A DNA stretch of 64,000 bases, taken from Octopus vulgaris (Eukaryota). This document shows positions 1-13,120 of the stretch, piece by piece (positions within the stretch are counted from its first letter, which is position 1; every line of letters begins with the position of its first letter). The position numbers were made by a program, and so were the translations under genes. Where the stretch lies: the NCBI GenBank assembly GCA_951406725.2, contig OX597822.1, positions 111,352,001 through 111,416,000 of the forward strand, given 5' to 3'. The notes under the pieces were generated by a model that was given only the letters and a program-made list of their open reading frames with translations, was not told the origin of the DNA and made no database searches.

Positions 1-24
1 ATATATATATGTGTGTGTGTGTGT

Positions 25-258
25 CTGTCTATCTGTCTTTGTCCCCCTAGCATTGCTTGACAACCGATGCTGATGTGTTTACGTCCCCGTCACTTAGCGG
101 TTCGGCAATAGAGACCGATAGAATAAGTACTGGGCTTACAAAGAATAAGTCCCGGGGTCGATTTGCTCGACTAAAGGCAGTGCTCCAGCATGGCCGCAGT
201 CAAATGACTGAAACAAGTAAAAGAGTAAAGAGTAAAAGAGTAAAAGAGTAAAAGAGTA
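25..258 (+). mobile_element. 3' half of tRNA-derived SINE family A, with (AAGAGTA)n-type tail
   Basis: Near-identical to the reverse complement of 26483-26700, part of the full-length copy; ends in a GTAAAAGA repeat tail. Confidence 0.85.
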
Positions 259-469
259 TGGGGGTGTGTGAGCGTGCGCGCATGTAGTTTAAAATTAGAA
301 TATGAAAAAGCAAAACGTCTGACGTTACTCGAAATCATTTAGCGTACATATAGAATATAAACAGATATAGTCTCTTACAAATGTTTCTAGAATAGTGTGT
401 GTATGTGCGTGCATGTTTCTGTATGCCTGTTGTATACACATATATATCCATACGTATAAGTAATTTTTT

Positions 470-944
470 TTTCTCTCTCTTCTCTTCTCACGTGACCGCT
501 GGCTATAGCCTTTCCGCTTCTGACCAGCGCCACGACAACATCCTATTCTTCATCTGCCGTAAGGCATTATTTTTCAAATACGCCAGCTAAGTACAACTGT
601 CTAAAGTCGAAAGATGTCTGTTGTTTTGTCCCGTTATTATTGTTATTATTATTGTTTTTTGTATTTATATTCGTATTATTTTTGGGGGTTTTTTTTGTAT
701 TTATATTCGTGTAATATCGTCTGTTTTTCTGTCCTTGTTTCGTATACATTCGATCCTTTTTCCAAGAAATCTAATACTCGTAGCTTAGTTTTTCCTTGGG
801 GCTGGCCAGATCGGTGCATTCTCAAGATTAATCAGCCAAAATTGCGTGGATGATCCGGTTCTTTACTGAAGATTAGAGGCTTCGAATGGCCCGCCCGTTT
901 TTTGTATCGTCTATTTAAATGTTTTGCGTTCATGGCCCATTTTG

Positions 945-947
<3 letters not shown>
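470..947 (+). mobile_element. Unclassified non-coding interspersed repeat ending in (TA)n
   Basis: Layout resembles 38985-39640: CT-rich start, CACGTGACC motif, T-rich 3' end abutting (TA)n. Similarity judged by eye only. Confidence 0.35.
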
Positions 948-1011
<64 letters not shown>

Positions 1012-1019
1012 GTATATAT

Positions 1020-1096
<77 letters not shown>

Positions 1097-1100
1097 TATA
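948..1100. repeat. (TA)n/(TG)n microsatellite
   Basis: Seen directly. Confidence 0.98.
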
Positions 1101-1680
1101 CAGGCAGGAGTCTAGTTGGTCGCGGGAGAGTGAGGTCGAGCCGAGACAGTTATCGATAAATTAACCGTAATTTTCGTGAGTGGGACCAGTGACATGTGAG
1201 AATATTTGGGCCAACGAACAGATTCGCATAGTTGGGGACCCATCCTCGTTTCCATGGCCACTCCCGAGAACTTCTGGTAAAAATCCCCCACGAATGAGAA
1301 GTAGTTGAAGGAGAGAACCAGTTTGGCCAGACGAAGAAGTGTGGAGATGTTAGGTCGAAAGTGTTTCAGCACTAGAAGTCCTTGATTGTGTGGAATCACC
1401 ATATATAAATTCTTGATACCAAGAGTGAAGAGAAATTTAGAGGGGCCAGAAGGGAAGGAGAAAGAGTTAAAGAGATGGAGAGCATGTGGGAGAGGGGAAA
1501 AGTGGGAGAGGAAGAAAGTGACTAGGGGGCAAGGACACGGTCGAGGTATTTGGAGATCATTTCTATGGGGCAGTTGCTACGGCTGTTGATTTTAGGAAAG
1601 AAGTAAATGTGTGGGGTTACTTGGTGTGGGGACAATGAGGTTGGAGGTGGTTTGAGGGAGACAGGAGGAGGAAATGAGGG
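1101..1680 (-). mobile_element. Penelope-like element reverse transcriptase fragment (decayed)
   Basis: ORF 1112..1402 reads IPHNQGL..LKHF..STLLRLAKLVLSFNYFSF..FYQKFSGVAMETRMGP, matching the PLE RT signature FxFxxxxYxQxxGxAMGxxMGP. Confidence 0.85.
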
Positions 1681-1692
1681 CATGAATATATA

Positions 1693-1943
1693 TCTATATA
1701 TATATAAAACTGAGAATGTGTGTCTGTCTGTCTGTGTGAATCCCTAAAACTTGAGAACTACAAAACCAATTTCATTCACATTTTACACATGCCTTATTTA
1801 GGGTCCACGGACTGTCATGGGCCAAAAAACTTTTAACTTCTTGCCTAGGGCGAGCCCATAGCAATATCATATCTTCTCCACTATTTCAGTATTACGTGTT
1901 AAAAGTGAAAAAAAAGCATCTCTCTACTGTATGTATATGGATG

Positions 1944-2014
<71 letters not shown>

Positions 2015-2624
2015 ATGTATACATGTATATGTATACATGTATATGTATACATGTATATGTATACATGTATATGTATGCATGTATATGTATAGATGTATTT
2101 CTATAGATATACATGTATACGTAAACATGTATGTCGAGATGTATAAATAGATGTACATGTAATACGTACACATATATATACATATATATACATGCATACA
2201 TATATACACCCATACACACACCGATCCACCCACACATACACACACACACATAGGTGCAGGTGTGGCTGTGTGGTAACAAACTTGGTTCCAAAACACATGG
2301 TCCTCAGTTCAGTCCCACTGTGTGGTAACTCGGCATGTGTCTTCTGCTATAGCCTGAGACCAACCGAAGCCTTTTCAGTGGATTTTGTAGACAGAAACTG
2401 AAAGAAATCAATTGTATGTATATGTATGAATGTATGTAAGTCTATGTGTGTGTCTTCGTGTTTCTCCCTCATCACTGCTTCACAATTAGTGTTCGTTTAT
2501 TTACATCCCCATAACTTACTGGTTTTACAAGAAGAAACTGATAGAATAAGTACCAGGCTTATCAAAATATAAAGCAGCACTACGAAGTGTCTCATATTTT
2601 TGTTTGCCCACTCAGTTGTATCTT

Positions 2625-2666
<42 letters not shown>

Positions 2667-2719
2667 TGTTTGTGTATGTGTGTGTGTCTGTATACATATA
2701 TATATATACATATATGTAT

Positions 2720-2754
<35 letters not shown>

Positions 2755-3241
2755 ACATAGTTCTTGAACCGGTACTTCAAGTAACGACTAGGGTAGGGTA
2801 ACTGACTGCTTATTGTGATCATTTGTCTTTTGGTTTCCTGTAGCTTTGCTCTCTTTTACAAACCCAGTGAACATATATTTCCTATTTCAAAGAAATTCAA
2901 ACAATAGATATAAGACCCAAGTTAAAAACTTCTCTGGTTGACATTAAGATGCCCACCCCCAACAGGGGCCTTAACTCTAACATTTTAGAGTTCCATGACC
3001 TTCATTTTTTAGGAGCAAAATTTTTTTAACAGGTTCAATATCACTGGAATTTTGGAATATGCGCATAAAAATCAATGGTACGATTACAATTTTTTTAGGG
3101 TGTGTGAAGATGGAAATAACCCTCATCTGCAATTTTGATGAAATTCGAAACAGATATTCCAGTTCATTACAGAAAATATATAGCAGAAAAGTCTAATTCT
3201 TCAATTGAATGTAACCGGGCAACGCCGGGTATCTCTGCTAG
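1693..3241 (+). mobile_element. Non-autonomous Helitron-like element with nested SINE and microsatellites
   Basis: A|TCTATATATATAAAA 5' end at 1693; its first ~235 bp recur at 6792. A GC-rich CCGGGCAACGCCGGG hairpin followed by CTAG|T ends at 3241. That both ends belong to one element is an inference. Confidence 0.6.
2251..2575 (+). mobile_element. Degenerate copy of SINE family A
   Basis: A-box-like TGGCTGTGTGG and B-box-like GTTCAGTCCC; collinear with the 26483-26916 copy. Confidence 0.75.
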
Positions 3242-3288
<47 letters not shown>

Positions 3289-4160
3289 GTATATGTTTAC
3301 CTATATGTATGGATATATGTGTATACAAGAAACATACACAAGCACGCACATACACACACTCACACACACACATGTATATGTATGGATGGAAACCATAGAA
3401 TACATCTATACACGAAGTATTGTGAATTCGGTGCAATCAGTAAAATTTGAATCTTAATAATATATTTGAAAACTTGAGACATTCAGTGCGATCGAATTGC
3501 TTTCAGAATCATGGCATAGTCGCGAATATATAATCGAAGTATTGATCTCTATTCTTATTTATATATGCTAATCTCTTTCATGTTTCAATGCACATGACCA
3601 CGTCAAGCTGCTTGTCAATGTTTTCAAGTGTTTGCAGAAAATGTACGAGTAGAGCGTCGCCACTAAAAATCAATTGAACATTCAACGAATACCAGGAGAC
3701 GTCTCACTAAAATCTAAATATGCAATTAATATTTGTTCGCCGTAAACTCCACACTAGAAAAAAATATATGTACTCACATATACTAAGCGTGTAATGACAT
3801 AAAGAAATGGCAGCCATTAGCTAAACCAGACGTAAAACAATGGACAAGTTTAATGTAAGTTGTGTGTAATTTTGTTGGTTTTAGAATCGTTAAGTTACAG
3901 ACGTACATTCTATTGATCTGTGTAACACTGCTATATATAAACGGCTGAGAATATGTCATTAGATATGAGATATCACAACGGAGGACAAAACAAAGTTAGA
4001 TGCTTATCATGTTCGACTTGCAGTTACTTTTATAAGATCCTAAGGGTCCAATGAAAAACGCAAGTTCGAGACAGAATTCAAGTCATGATCGAAACGACGA
4101 TCATTATTTTTGATGAATGTGCCAAGTACTTGACCATTCATTAGAATTACAATCTACATT

Positions 4161-4581
4161 CCTATTTCTTTATTGCCCACAGGGGGCTAAACAGAGGGGG
4201 GAGAAACAAGAACAGACAAACGGATTAAGTCGATTATATCGACCCCAGTGCGTAACTGGTGCTTAATTCATCGACCCCGAAAGGATGAAAGGCAAAGTCG
4301 ACCTCGGCGGAATTTGAACCCAGAACGTAGCGGCAGACGAAGTACCTATTTCTTTATTACCCACAAGGGGCTAAACACAGAGAGGACAAACACGGACAGA
4401 CATAGGTATTAAGTCGATTACATCGACCCCAGTGCGTAACTGGTACTTAGTTTTAGCGACCCCGAAAGGATGAAAGGCAAAGTCGACCTCGGCGGAATTT
4501 GAACTCACAACGTAACGGCAAACGAAATACCGCTAAGCATTTCGCCCAGCGTGCTAACGTTTATGCCGGCTCGCCGCCTTA
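4161..4581 (-). mobile_element. SINE family B, two tandem body modules
   Basis: Head AAGGCGGCGAGC.GGCA, B-box GAGTTCAAATTCC, and core GGTCGACTTTGCCTTTCATCCTTTCGGGGTCG present twice at ~184-bp spacing. Confidence 0.9.
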
Positions 4582-5002
4582 TTCAATTTCGGTATTTGTC
4601 ACGTAAAAAGATTGTAAAGCTATTTTTGCTGCGATTTTACTGTAAATACTGGCTATCGTACCGTGGTAATGATAAGGGTACCGAGTGCTTATTAAAGCAC
4701 TAATTTTATTTTGTACCCAGTGGTGTTTCGAAACGTACTAGATGTTATTTGTTGATAAGTTAGATGATTTAATGTATAATCGAGTACATGTATCGGCAAA
4801 GAGTGTATCGTTGATATATGTGGGTGCAAAAGTGCGTGGTTATGTCTGGGTGGGTCTGTGCCAGCGTAAGTGTCTGTGACTTAAATGTCTTTATAACAAA
4901 TCCGAAGAAATTTATCTTCTTCTCACGAGTGTGTGACCATAGAAATAGGATGGTTCTCAATAAAATTCACCAAACAGTCTTTTACAACTAATCATCAGAT
5001 TT

Positions 5003-5141
5003 CATTTCTACTCGAGGCACAAGGCCCGAAATTTTGGGTAAAGAGGCCAGTCGATTAGATCGAACCCAGTACTCAACTGGTGCTTAATTTATCGACCCCG
5101 AAAGGATGAAAGGCGAAGTCGACCTCGGCGGCATTTGAACT
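5003..5141 (-). mobile_element. 5'-truncated SINE family B with 18-bp target-site duplication
   Basis: Core motif present; flanked by CAACTAATCATCAGATTT (4985-5002) and CAACTAATCTTCAGATTT (5142-5159). Confidence 0.9.
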
Positions 5142-5275
5142 CAACTAATCTTCAGATTTGTTGCAGGTCTTGCTAATTTGTATTTATCACTCCCGATATA
5201 AATTCCGCATATAAATTTCTGAAATCAATTTCATCTTCCGATGATTATGTCTCAGGCAATGACCGAATGACGGAA

Positions 5276-5782
<507 letters not shown>

Positions 5783-6734
5783 TGAAAATAGACAGTTTGA
5801 AAACGTTAGAGACATATACATCTCGAATACGAATGCATCTGTAGATTATATGAGGGCAAGAGCATTCTTATCATGAGACCGTCTGTAAAAGTCACAGAGA
5901 AGGAGAGAGTGTGGGGCCAGATAAATCGAGAAAATCGGTGATAAGTAGTGACAGAGAGAGAGAGAGAGAGAGAAAATGAGAGATATACGGGGATAGACGA
6001 GAAGAAGATGGAGGAGGAGTTGTACGTACTAATCTGAAAATCCCAAATTTTCGAACTGAGTAGCTATCGAATATCACTTCAATTCGTGTGAAATCTTCTT
6101 AATTACCATTTCTGGATTTCCAAGCGTCATTCATTATCCGTGCTTTATTATTTATTACATTTCAAATGAAATTCGTAAAATGCGACTCAAACTGATGCAT
6201 GGAATTTCATACACTTGCAGTCTTGTTTTCTCTATCGGTAACTACAGTTTCTACAATAATTGCGTTTTATCAGTTTCTGCCACAACAGCCAAGAACGATG
6301 TAAATAAATACATATTTACGAGGTTCTTAAATATTTAAATCATACTTTCATGGAATCCTTATCGCTTCACTTGAATTCCTTGCGTCAGTTCGAGATATTA
6401 AATAATAAATAGGTCTGTTATGGCAATTCTATGTCACAGTGGAAACTTCAAGAGATATTTCCATTACAATATACGGCACCGTATTATTTGATGTTTGTGG
6501 AGGAAAGGAAGGCGTATTTAATATGTTTCTATTTGAAGTTCTTAAACGACACAAACATGAAGCTAATCGCTAATTTAATTTTCTTAGAAAATATTCTCAG
6601 TTTAGGCTTCAATATCAAACATCTATACAGAAAATGATGCGATGCAATCATATACATAACTGCCTATACATAACACGTTATATGGAAGTAAAATATATAT
6701 ATATATGTTCTACACACGCACACATATATATATA

Positions 6735-6775
<41 letters not shown>

Positions 6776-6791
6776 GTTCTACATATGTATA

Positions 6792-7050
6792 TCTATATAT
6801 ATAAAACTGAGAATGTGTGTGTGTTTGTCTGTGAGTTTCCCTAAAACTTGAGAAGTACACAACCAATTTCATTCAAATTTTACACATGCCTTACTTAGGG
6901 TCCATGTAGTTTCATGGGCAAACAAAATGTTCAACTTCGTGCCTAGGGCGAGCCCATAGCAATATCATATCTTCTCCACTATTACGTGTTAAAAGTGAAA
7001 CAAAAACATTTCTCTATTTTATGTCAAATGCTTTCACTTTAACAATAAAA
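6792..7050 (+). mobile_element. Helitron-like 5' fragment, same family as 1693
   Basis: A|TCTATATATATAAAACTGAGAATG start; collinear with 1693-1928. Confidence 0.7.
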
Positions 7051-7661
7051 TAATTAGAGATAATAATAACAATTGAATTATATGTAGTAAGTAATGATTA
7101 AGATCAAACTAAATTAAATCGTAACATAACAATTAAAATTAAAAGTAGCAATTGATATAAAATTGCAACAGTGACTCGAACTTGAATAAGTGGTTTCACA
7201 AGAATGGGAATAAATTAAAAATAAAATTAGTGTGCATAAATGGAATAGTCCAGATGGAGCTGTACACATACCCTTTACCACGGCTTTTACATTAGATTAT
7301 CTGCTAATTAACTAGCATCAAGTATCTATATGAAGTTTGGCTGTATGTAATGTCTGTTTTCTCGAACAGCCGCTTCTACTGAGTACTGCTGTTGGTTTAT
7401 TTATTATACGTAAAGACTATAGCTTCAACCGCGTACTGCTTTTTGATAAGGTTTGTTGTTATTATTATTACTGTTTAACTATTGTTATCACGTTTGTTGG
7501 TTCCTCGTCAGGGAAACATTGTTGTGTTACATTTAAATAATTGTAAACCGTAACCCTCCCCTTTTGGTTATTGTTTAAAAATTGAATTGTGTCCCTGTTT
7601 GGGGAAATTGACAATATTTTCACCGAAAAATACGGAAAAATACGGAAGCATTTTTGTTAAA

Positions 7662-8163
7662 ATGCCTTCGATAGAAGAAAGTCCAAAAATGAATTTCGCT
7701 GCAGCCGTCGGCGGGCGCGAACTCATTCAAATTAAAATGGAAGAAATACAAACCTATTTCGGATTGATCACCGACAAAGACGGTGAATCTAGAATAACAC
7801 CACCAAACGAAACAAAACATTAAAATAAACAAAATACTATTGTCTATAAAGTATACAATGTAGAGAAAAAAAGATTTGAACACCTGGGGGAAAGCAGCAT
7901 CGAAACGTGTCTTGGTGCGACCATGAAAGATATCAAGTATCTAACCAGAGGCGGAAAATTCGCCACAGTAGAAGCAAGGTTCGAGTTAACGGAGCGTGCA
8001 GGGGAGTACTCGACTCGAACCTTGCAAAGTGGAAATATTTTATTTTTACCTTTATATCTGGGACGTAGGACGTCCCGGAAAAAAAATTAAAATGTCCCCC
8101 CAGAAGTAGAGGTAGGCTGGATTGTAGCCACACTTCAGAGGGAGGACAAGATACTACTGATCG
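7662..8163 (+). mobile_element. Decayed LINE ORF1-like 5' region
   Basis: About 165 codons in one frame with two stops (MPSIEESPKMNFAAAVGG...FLPLYLGRRTSR..NVPPEVEVGWIVATL), truncated by a microsatellite. The ORF1 assignment is by recalled motif resemblance. Confidence 0.5.
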
Positions 8164-8339
8164 AAATATATACATATATACATATATGTGTGTGTGTGTG
8201 TGTAGAACATGTAATTGCCAACCAAGTGTGGCGTTCTATAGGACGCCACATTTGGTTGGTAATTCTATACACACACACACATATATATATATATATATGT
8301 GAGTGTTTGTGTATATCTATATCTATCTATCTATCTATA

Positions 8340-8394
<55 letters not shown>

Positions 8395-8570
8395 AAGGAT
8401 GAAAAGGAACACATGAGTTGATATATATGGGGAAAATGCCAAGATAGAAAATGCTATGGCAGAGACAGGCAGAAACAAGGAAAATGCCACTTGTATTTGA
8501 ACACTATAGAAATACTCTTTTAAAAAAATAAACTTTTCTTTTAATTTTTCTAAATTTAATTATCTAATTG

Positions 8571-8612
8571 TTACAGTTGAAAAAGTCTCAATGACTGAAA
8601 CCGGTACTGAAA
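8571..8612 (+). ncRNA. Minimal type I hammerhead ribozyme, U3-A8 core variant (PLE-type)
   Basis: cag-TTGAAAA-agtc(tcaat)gact-GAAA-CCGG-TA-ctg: stems I and II pair, stem III is palindromic, GUA cleavage triplet. Confidence 0.7.
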
Positions 8613-8660
8613 TGGTTTATATAAAAATATTTTAGCATTCTCTATCTTGACTTTTTTTCC

Positions 8661-8718
<58 letters not shown>

Positions 8719-8759
8719 GATATGTATATTTGATAGATTTCTCCCTGTACTGTCCAGGC

Positions 8760-9897
8760 AATATCTAAATAGCAGAACCTGGCAAAGTCATTCAAATTAG
8801 GAATCAGACAACATGGCACACTCAAGTAGAAAGTTATTGCTTATGTAGTCGTATCCGTGTGTATGAGGTTTATCCGGGAATTTTTGAAGGAATTTTTCCA
8901 AACACTTCTGGAACTTTATGGGTCTGTCTCTGCTCTAATGGGTTTTGCTGTAATATTAAATGGAGCGGGGCCAATCGAGGTTAAATAATTGTGCCATAAT
9001 GTTGTTATGTGATGCGAGTAGGCTTTTTGTTGTGGGCGGATAGCAGGGGGCCCAAGTCATGGGTGTATCTTAAATATTGCCCAATATCATGTGGACAATA
9101 GTGATGGGATACTTTCCAAATCATGCAGATGATGTAGCGCTCACGGCAGCGTTGAAGAAAATAAAGCTTGAGTTTTTCTAGTCGACCCAATAGTCAAGGC
9201 CTTGTTATGACATCTATCTTTTCTGTAATTGACCTTTGAAGTGCTTCAATTTTCACGATACTTTGCTTCGTGTGAGGAGATCACAGTGGACAACAGTACT
9301 CAAGGTGGGGTCGGGTCAATGTGGAGAAGAAAAGGATAATGGTGAGGACATCTCTCGACTGGATAGTTCTGAGATTCCAGGAACACATACGCAGGACCAT
9401 GCTGTTTGTATGATCGGATCAGCTCATGTTGTTGTCCACAATTACTCCCAATTCTCTGATGTTGGATGCCATGGGAGTTTCTCCTGAATGAAGGGAGCAT
9501 GGGAGTTTCAGCGTATCCCCTTTTCCGAAGTGGATTAATTCAAATTTGTCCTCGTTCTACTGCATATTGTTTTTTTCCGCCCATTGGATGACAGCCAGTA
9601 GATCTGACTGAAGGCATGCCCGGTCACCCACTTCATGGATGACCATCTGGATCTTGGAATCATCTGCAAAGATTCTTATGTTACTTTGCTTGATGATGTC
9701 AGTAATGTCATTGATGCACATGATGAAAAGAAATGGGCCCAACACAGTGCCTTGAGGAACACCAATACTGAATTTGGACTTTGGCTGGAATTGATTTCAC
9801 TCCTTCGACTATAACGTGTTGGGTTCTGCTTGTCAGGAAATACTTGATCCATTGACTTTTTCAAAGGAATCTTATGATACACTCCGTCAAATGCTTT
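8760..9897 (-). mobile_element. 5'-truncated, decayed CR1/L2-group LINE (RT and C-terminus)
   Basis: KAFD, LGPFLFIMCINDI..IFADDSKI..LQSDL...WAEKNNMQ motifs; related to 27445-29000. Confidence 0.9.
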
Positions 9898-9982
9898 GCT
9901 TGTGTGTATATCTATATATGTGTATGTATGCATGTATGTATGTATGTATGTATGTTATGTATATATATATATTCTGTATAGA

Positions 9983-10271
9983 TGGAGACGCAATGGCCCA
10001 GTGGTTAGGGCAGTGGACTCGCGGTCGTGGGATCGCGGTTTCGATTCCCAGACAGGGCGTTGTGAGTGTTTATTGATCGAAAACACCTAAAGCTTCACTA
10101 GGCTCCTGCTGTACTCTTTCGTCACAACTTTCTCTCACTCTTTCTTCTGTTGGCATTATCACTTAGCCAGCGAGGTGGCATCGTTTGAAGGCTAAAACAA
10201 TGCGCTTCGCATTGTGACCTGCAATATGTAGCAACATCTGATAGCCTGATTCGTCACGGTGATCACGGTGG
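9983..10271 (+). mobile_element. SINE family C (tRNA-Arg-like head; OR1/OR2-like)
   Basis: A-box TGGCCCAGTGG, B-box GGTTTCGATTCC; 13-bp TSD TATATTCTGTATA at 9968-9980 and 10272-10284. The family name is inferred from published octopus tRNA-Arg SINEs. Confidence 0.9.
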
Positions 10272-10448
10272 TATATTCTGTATAACTGAACCTGCGGCCT
10301 GAATGACTCGAAGGCCTAGTGTTTGTGCCAAGATGATGCTTGTTAAACTTTCAAGCAAAACGTGACTCGTGATCCTCGACTTTTCATCAAGACGCATACC
10401 AAAGGATTGGAATCGTGTCTTGAGAGGCACTCGTGTAATCTTAAATTA

Positions 10449-10602
<154 letters not shown>

Positions 10603-10603
10603 G

Positions 10604-11560
10604 TTAGTGGCTAATGAGCCCTGCTCTTGACAAGCATACTCGGCTGCAAACATTCACTACACCAGCAGTGCACTTTCGAGCAGCACGCTTAAGTTCTTCG
10701 TGCAGAATACGTGCTCTCTCAAAGGTGTAGACCCCCCCCCTTAACCTGCTTCCTCTATCTTTGTTGATGACAGGCATTGCTCTCCCAGTCAGTCTTCTGT
10801 ATATCACAGGCCTTTAATGAGAACTTGACACTTTCCTTTAATCGCACTCTTGGTTTTATGCCAGGATCTCATTCCATTCACAAGTTCCCTATATAGCATA
10901 TGCTTAAAGATCCTGCTATCTTTCATTTTAATAAGATGTCCTGTCCAACGTAACCGCTGCTTGTGCACCATCGCCTCAATACTCAAGATATCAGCTGTCC
11001 TTGTGTTTTTAAGGTCTAGCCAACATTCAGAATGTGTCTGAGAATTCTCTGATGAAAGCATTCAAGGACCCTTACATGACGTTTGTAAAGGTCCATGTCT
11101 CACATGGGCAAAGGAGCGATGTCAGTACACAGCAATTTTTGTCTGCTCTGTGATGCCATGCTGGGACCAGACACGAGACTGAAGAGACCGGAAGGAATCA
11201 ATTGTTCTCTGCAGTCTGAAAGATATTTCATCATCCAAGGAGCAAGAACGGCTGAGTGTGCTGCCCAGGCAGACAAACTTGTCTGCCACTTTCGGAATTG
11301 TTCCTTCAAACAAGATAGCTTGTTCAACATACGGATTTCCTAGTTCAGGCTAATGCTGAATCCAAATGCCTTGCAAGAAGGAGAAATACGAATCATAAAT
11401 ATTTGCATGTCATCCATTGTATGAGTGACTAAGTCACAGCCATCTGCATAAAGATCAAAAATAAGAGACTGGAAAACTTTTGAATTGGCAGCAAATCGGC
11501 GCCGATTAAAGAGGCGGCTAGAAGATCGATACCTGATATATATTCCCTGAGAGCTAACCG
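10604..11560 (-). mobile_element. Decayed RTE-clade LINE 3' part
   Basis: DLYADGCDL, ISFRLQR...RVWSQHGITEQTKIAVY, QRLRWTGHLIKMKDSRI..MLY and a C-terminal [14 protein letters not shown] zinc-finger-like motif. Confidence 0.88.
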
Positions 11561-11571
11561 TAGCTATACAT

Positions 11572-11624
<53 letters not shown>

Positions 11625-11643
11625 TATTTCTATATATGTATGT

Positions 11644-11679
<36 letters not shown>

Positions 11680-11849
11680 AACATAACTGCAGACAACACA
11701 TATATGCATAATAATACACACAGACACATATACACACAGATACACACATGCACACACACACACATACATATCACTGTGTCTCGGTATCGACCGGACTATC
11801 TCATGGTTTTATTCACCGCTGGTGACAATTCGATTTGCATCGTTTTAGC

Positions 11850-11932
11850 ATTCCAATATACATAAATATATACCAATATATTCCAATATACATAAATATA
11901 TACCAATATATTCCAATATACATAAATATATA
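11850..11932. repeat. 30-bp minisatellite, about 2.7 copies
   Basis: ATTCCAATATACATAAATATATACCAATAT repeated in tandem. Confidence 0.9.
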
Positions 11933-12621
11933 CTTAAATGCATAACTGCATGAAGGCATGAAGGCATGAAGAAAGAATAAATGTGTTGATGGATGAAATA
12001 AACTAAACATTTGTAATATTTGTATGGCTGATATTCGTGTCATGCAATTTACGGACTACATACATATCACAGCAGTTGGGCAATCCAAACATATAAGGAA
12101 AATTACTTGCTTAAGTTTTTACGAATATGTAATCGAAGTGGGTACAACGCGTTTCAGAATTAAAACTTCTGAAGCATAGGTCTACTTTTAGAAATCCATT
12201 CGTATATATAAACGCATGTATTTAAATGTATATCACTATATCCATATTAAAATAACATTCATGCGCTGGTAGGGGTTCGGTGAGATAGTTTATTTTTCAA
12301 TTTCCTCCTCCAATTCCATCCGATAGAGCATTTAGAGTGCCAAGATATTAACAATAGTCGCACGTGTGCAGGAAAGTGTGAATTTATCTCTCTCGGTCTC
12401 TCGCTTTATTAACCCCTCTGAAACTCGTATGTACACAAGAGCCATGTAATACTATATATACTAATGTGTTAGTATGTGTGTTGTGTATATACAAACACAC
12501 ACACACACAAATATATGTATGTATGTACATATATATACTCTTATGCATATATATATATATATAGATATACTTACACACGTTCTTGCACCGACTTATATAC
12601 ATACAGACATACACCCTTACG

Positions 12622-12658
<37 letters not shown>

Positions 12659-12662
<4 letters not shown>

Positions 12663-13084
12663 TGGTAAAATAGAAAGATGAATAATCTTGTTGCAGATTA
12701 ATCAAAAGTTTAACCGATACCTTGGTAGCAAAAATCACAGCAGAAGAAAGCACGGTTGGAGATAAAACCTTTTGGTGTTGCAACGGTGCGTTGGTGCGGA
12801 TAATTGAATTTTAATATTATTAGTGAATTGAAGAAATGGAGTTGAACGAAGATTGAACAGAATTCCTTTTATTGCATTCTACACATGTTTCAAATTGCTT
12901 TGCTGCGCCTCTGTTCTGTTTTGTTCTGCCAACGGAATTCCTATTTTTTCCTGAAGAGAAAGCCACAATATGGTATCCTTATTTAATCAGAATTTGGAAA
13001 ATTGTGGCTTTTGAAACATGTGTAGAATGCAATAAAAGGAATTCTGTTCAATCTTCGTTCAACTCCATTTCTTCAATTCACTAA

Positions 13085-13092
<8 letters not shown>
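12659..13092. mobile_element. PLE-type terminal repeat with perfect 83-bp inverted duplication, between (TA)n tracts
   Basis: 12812-12894 is the exact reverse complement of 13010-13092; contains an HHR. Confidence 0.75.
12931..13048 (+). ncRNA. Type I hammerhead ribozyme, canonical core
   Basis: ttc-CTGAAGA-gaaagccacaat(31-nt loop)attgtggctttt-GAAA-CATGTG-TA-gaa; distal stem I aacggaattcct/aggaattctgtt. Confidence 0.8.

Positions 13093-13120
<28 letters not shown>

Noticed and set aside
860-900. CTGAAGA followed by TTCGAAT
   Set aside because: No GAAA-stem III-UH arrangement could be built.
902-2401. ORFs rich in YI/CV/HT/YLSI repeats, here and throughout the track
   Set aside because: They are translations of (TA)n, (TG)n, (TCTA)n and (TACA)n microsatellites, not genes.
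7881-7917. HHR-like GAAACGTGTC with cacc/ggtg flanks
   Set aside because: No CUGANGA-like core or stem II, and it lies inside an ORF1-like frame.
10328-10365. GATGA-t-gcttg...caagc-AAAACGTG hammerhead relic
   Set aside because: Core is broken at several invariant positions and there is no stem I; at most a fossil.
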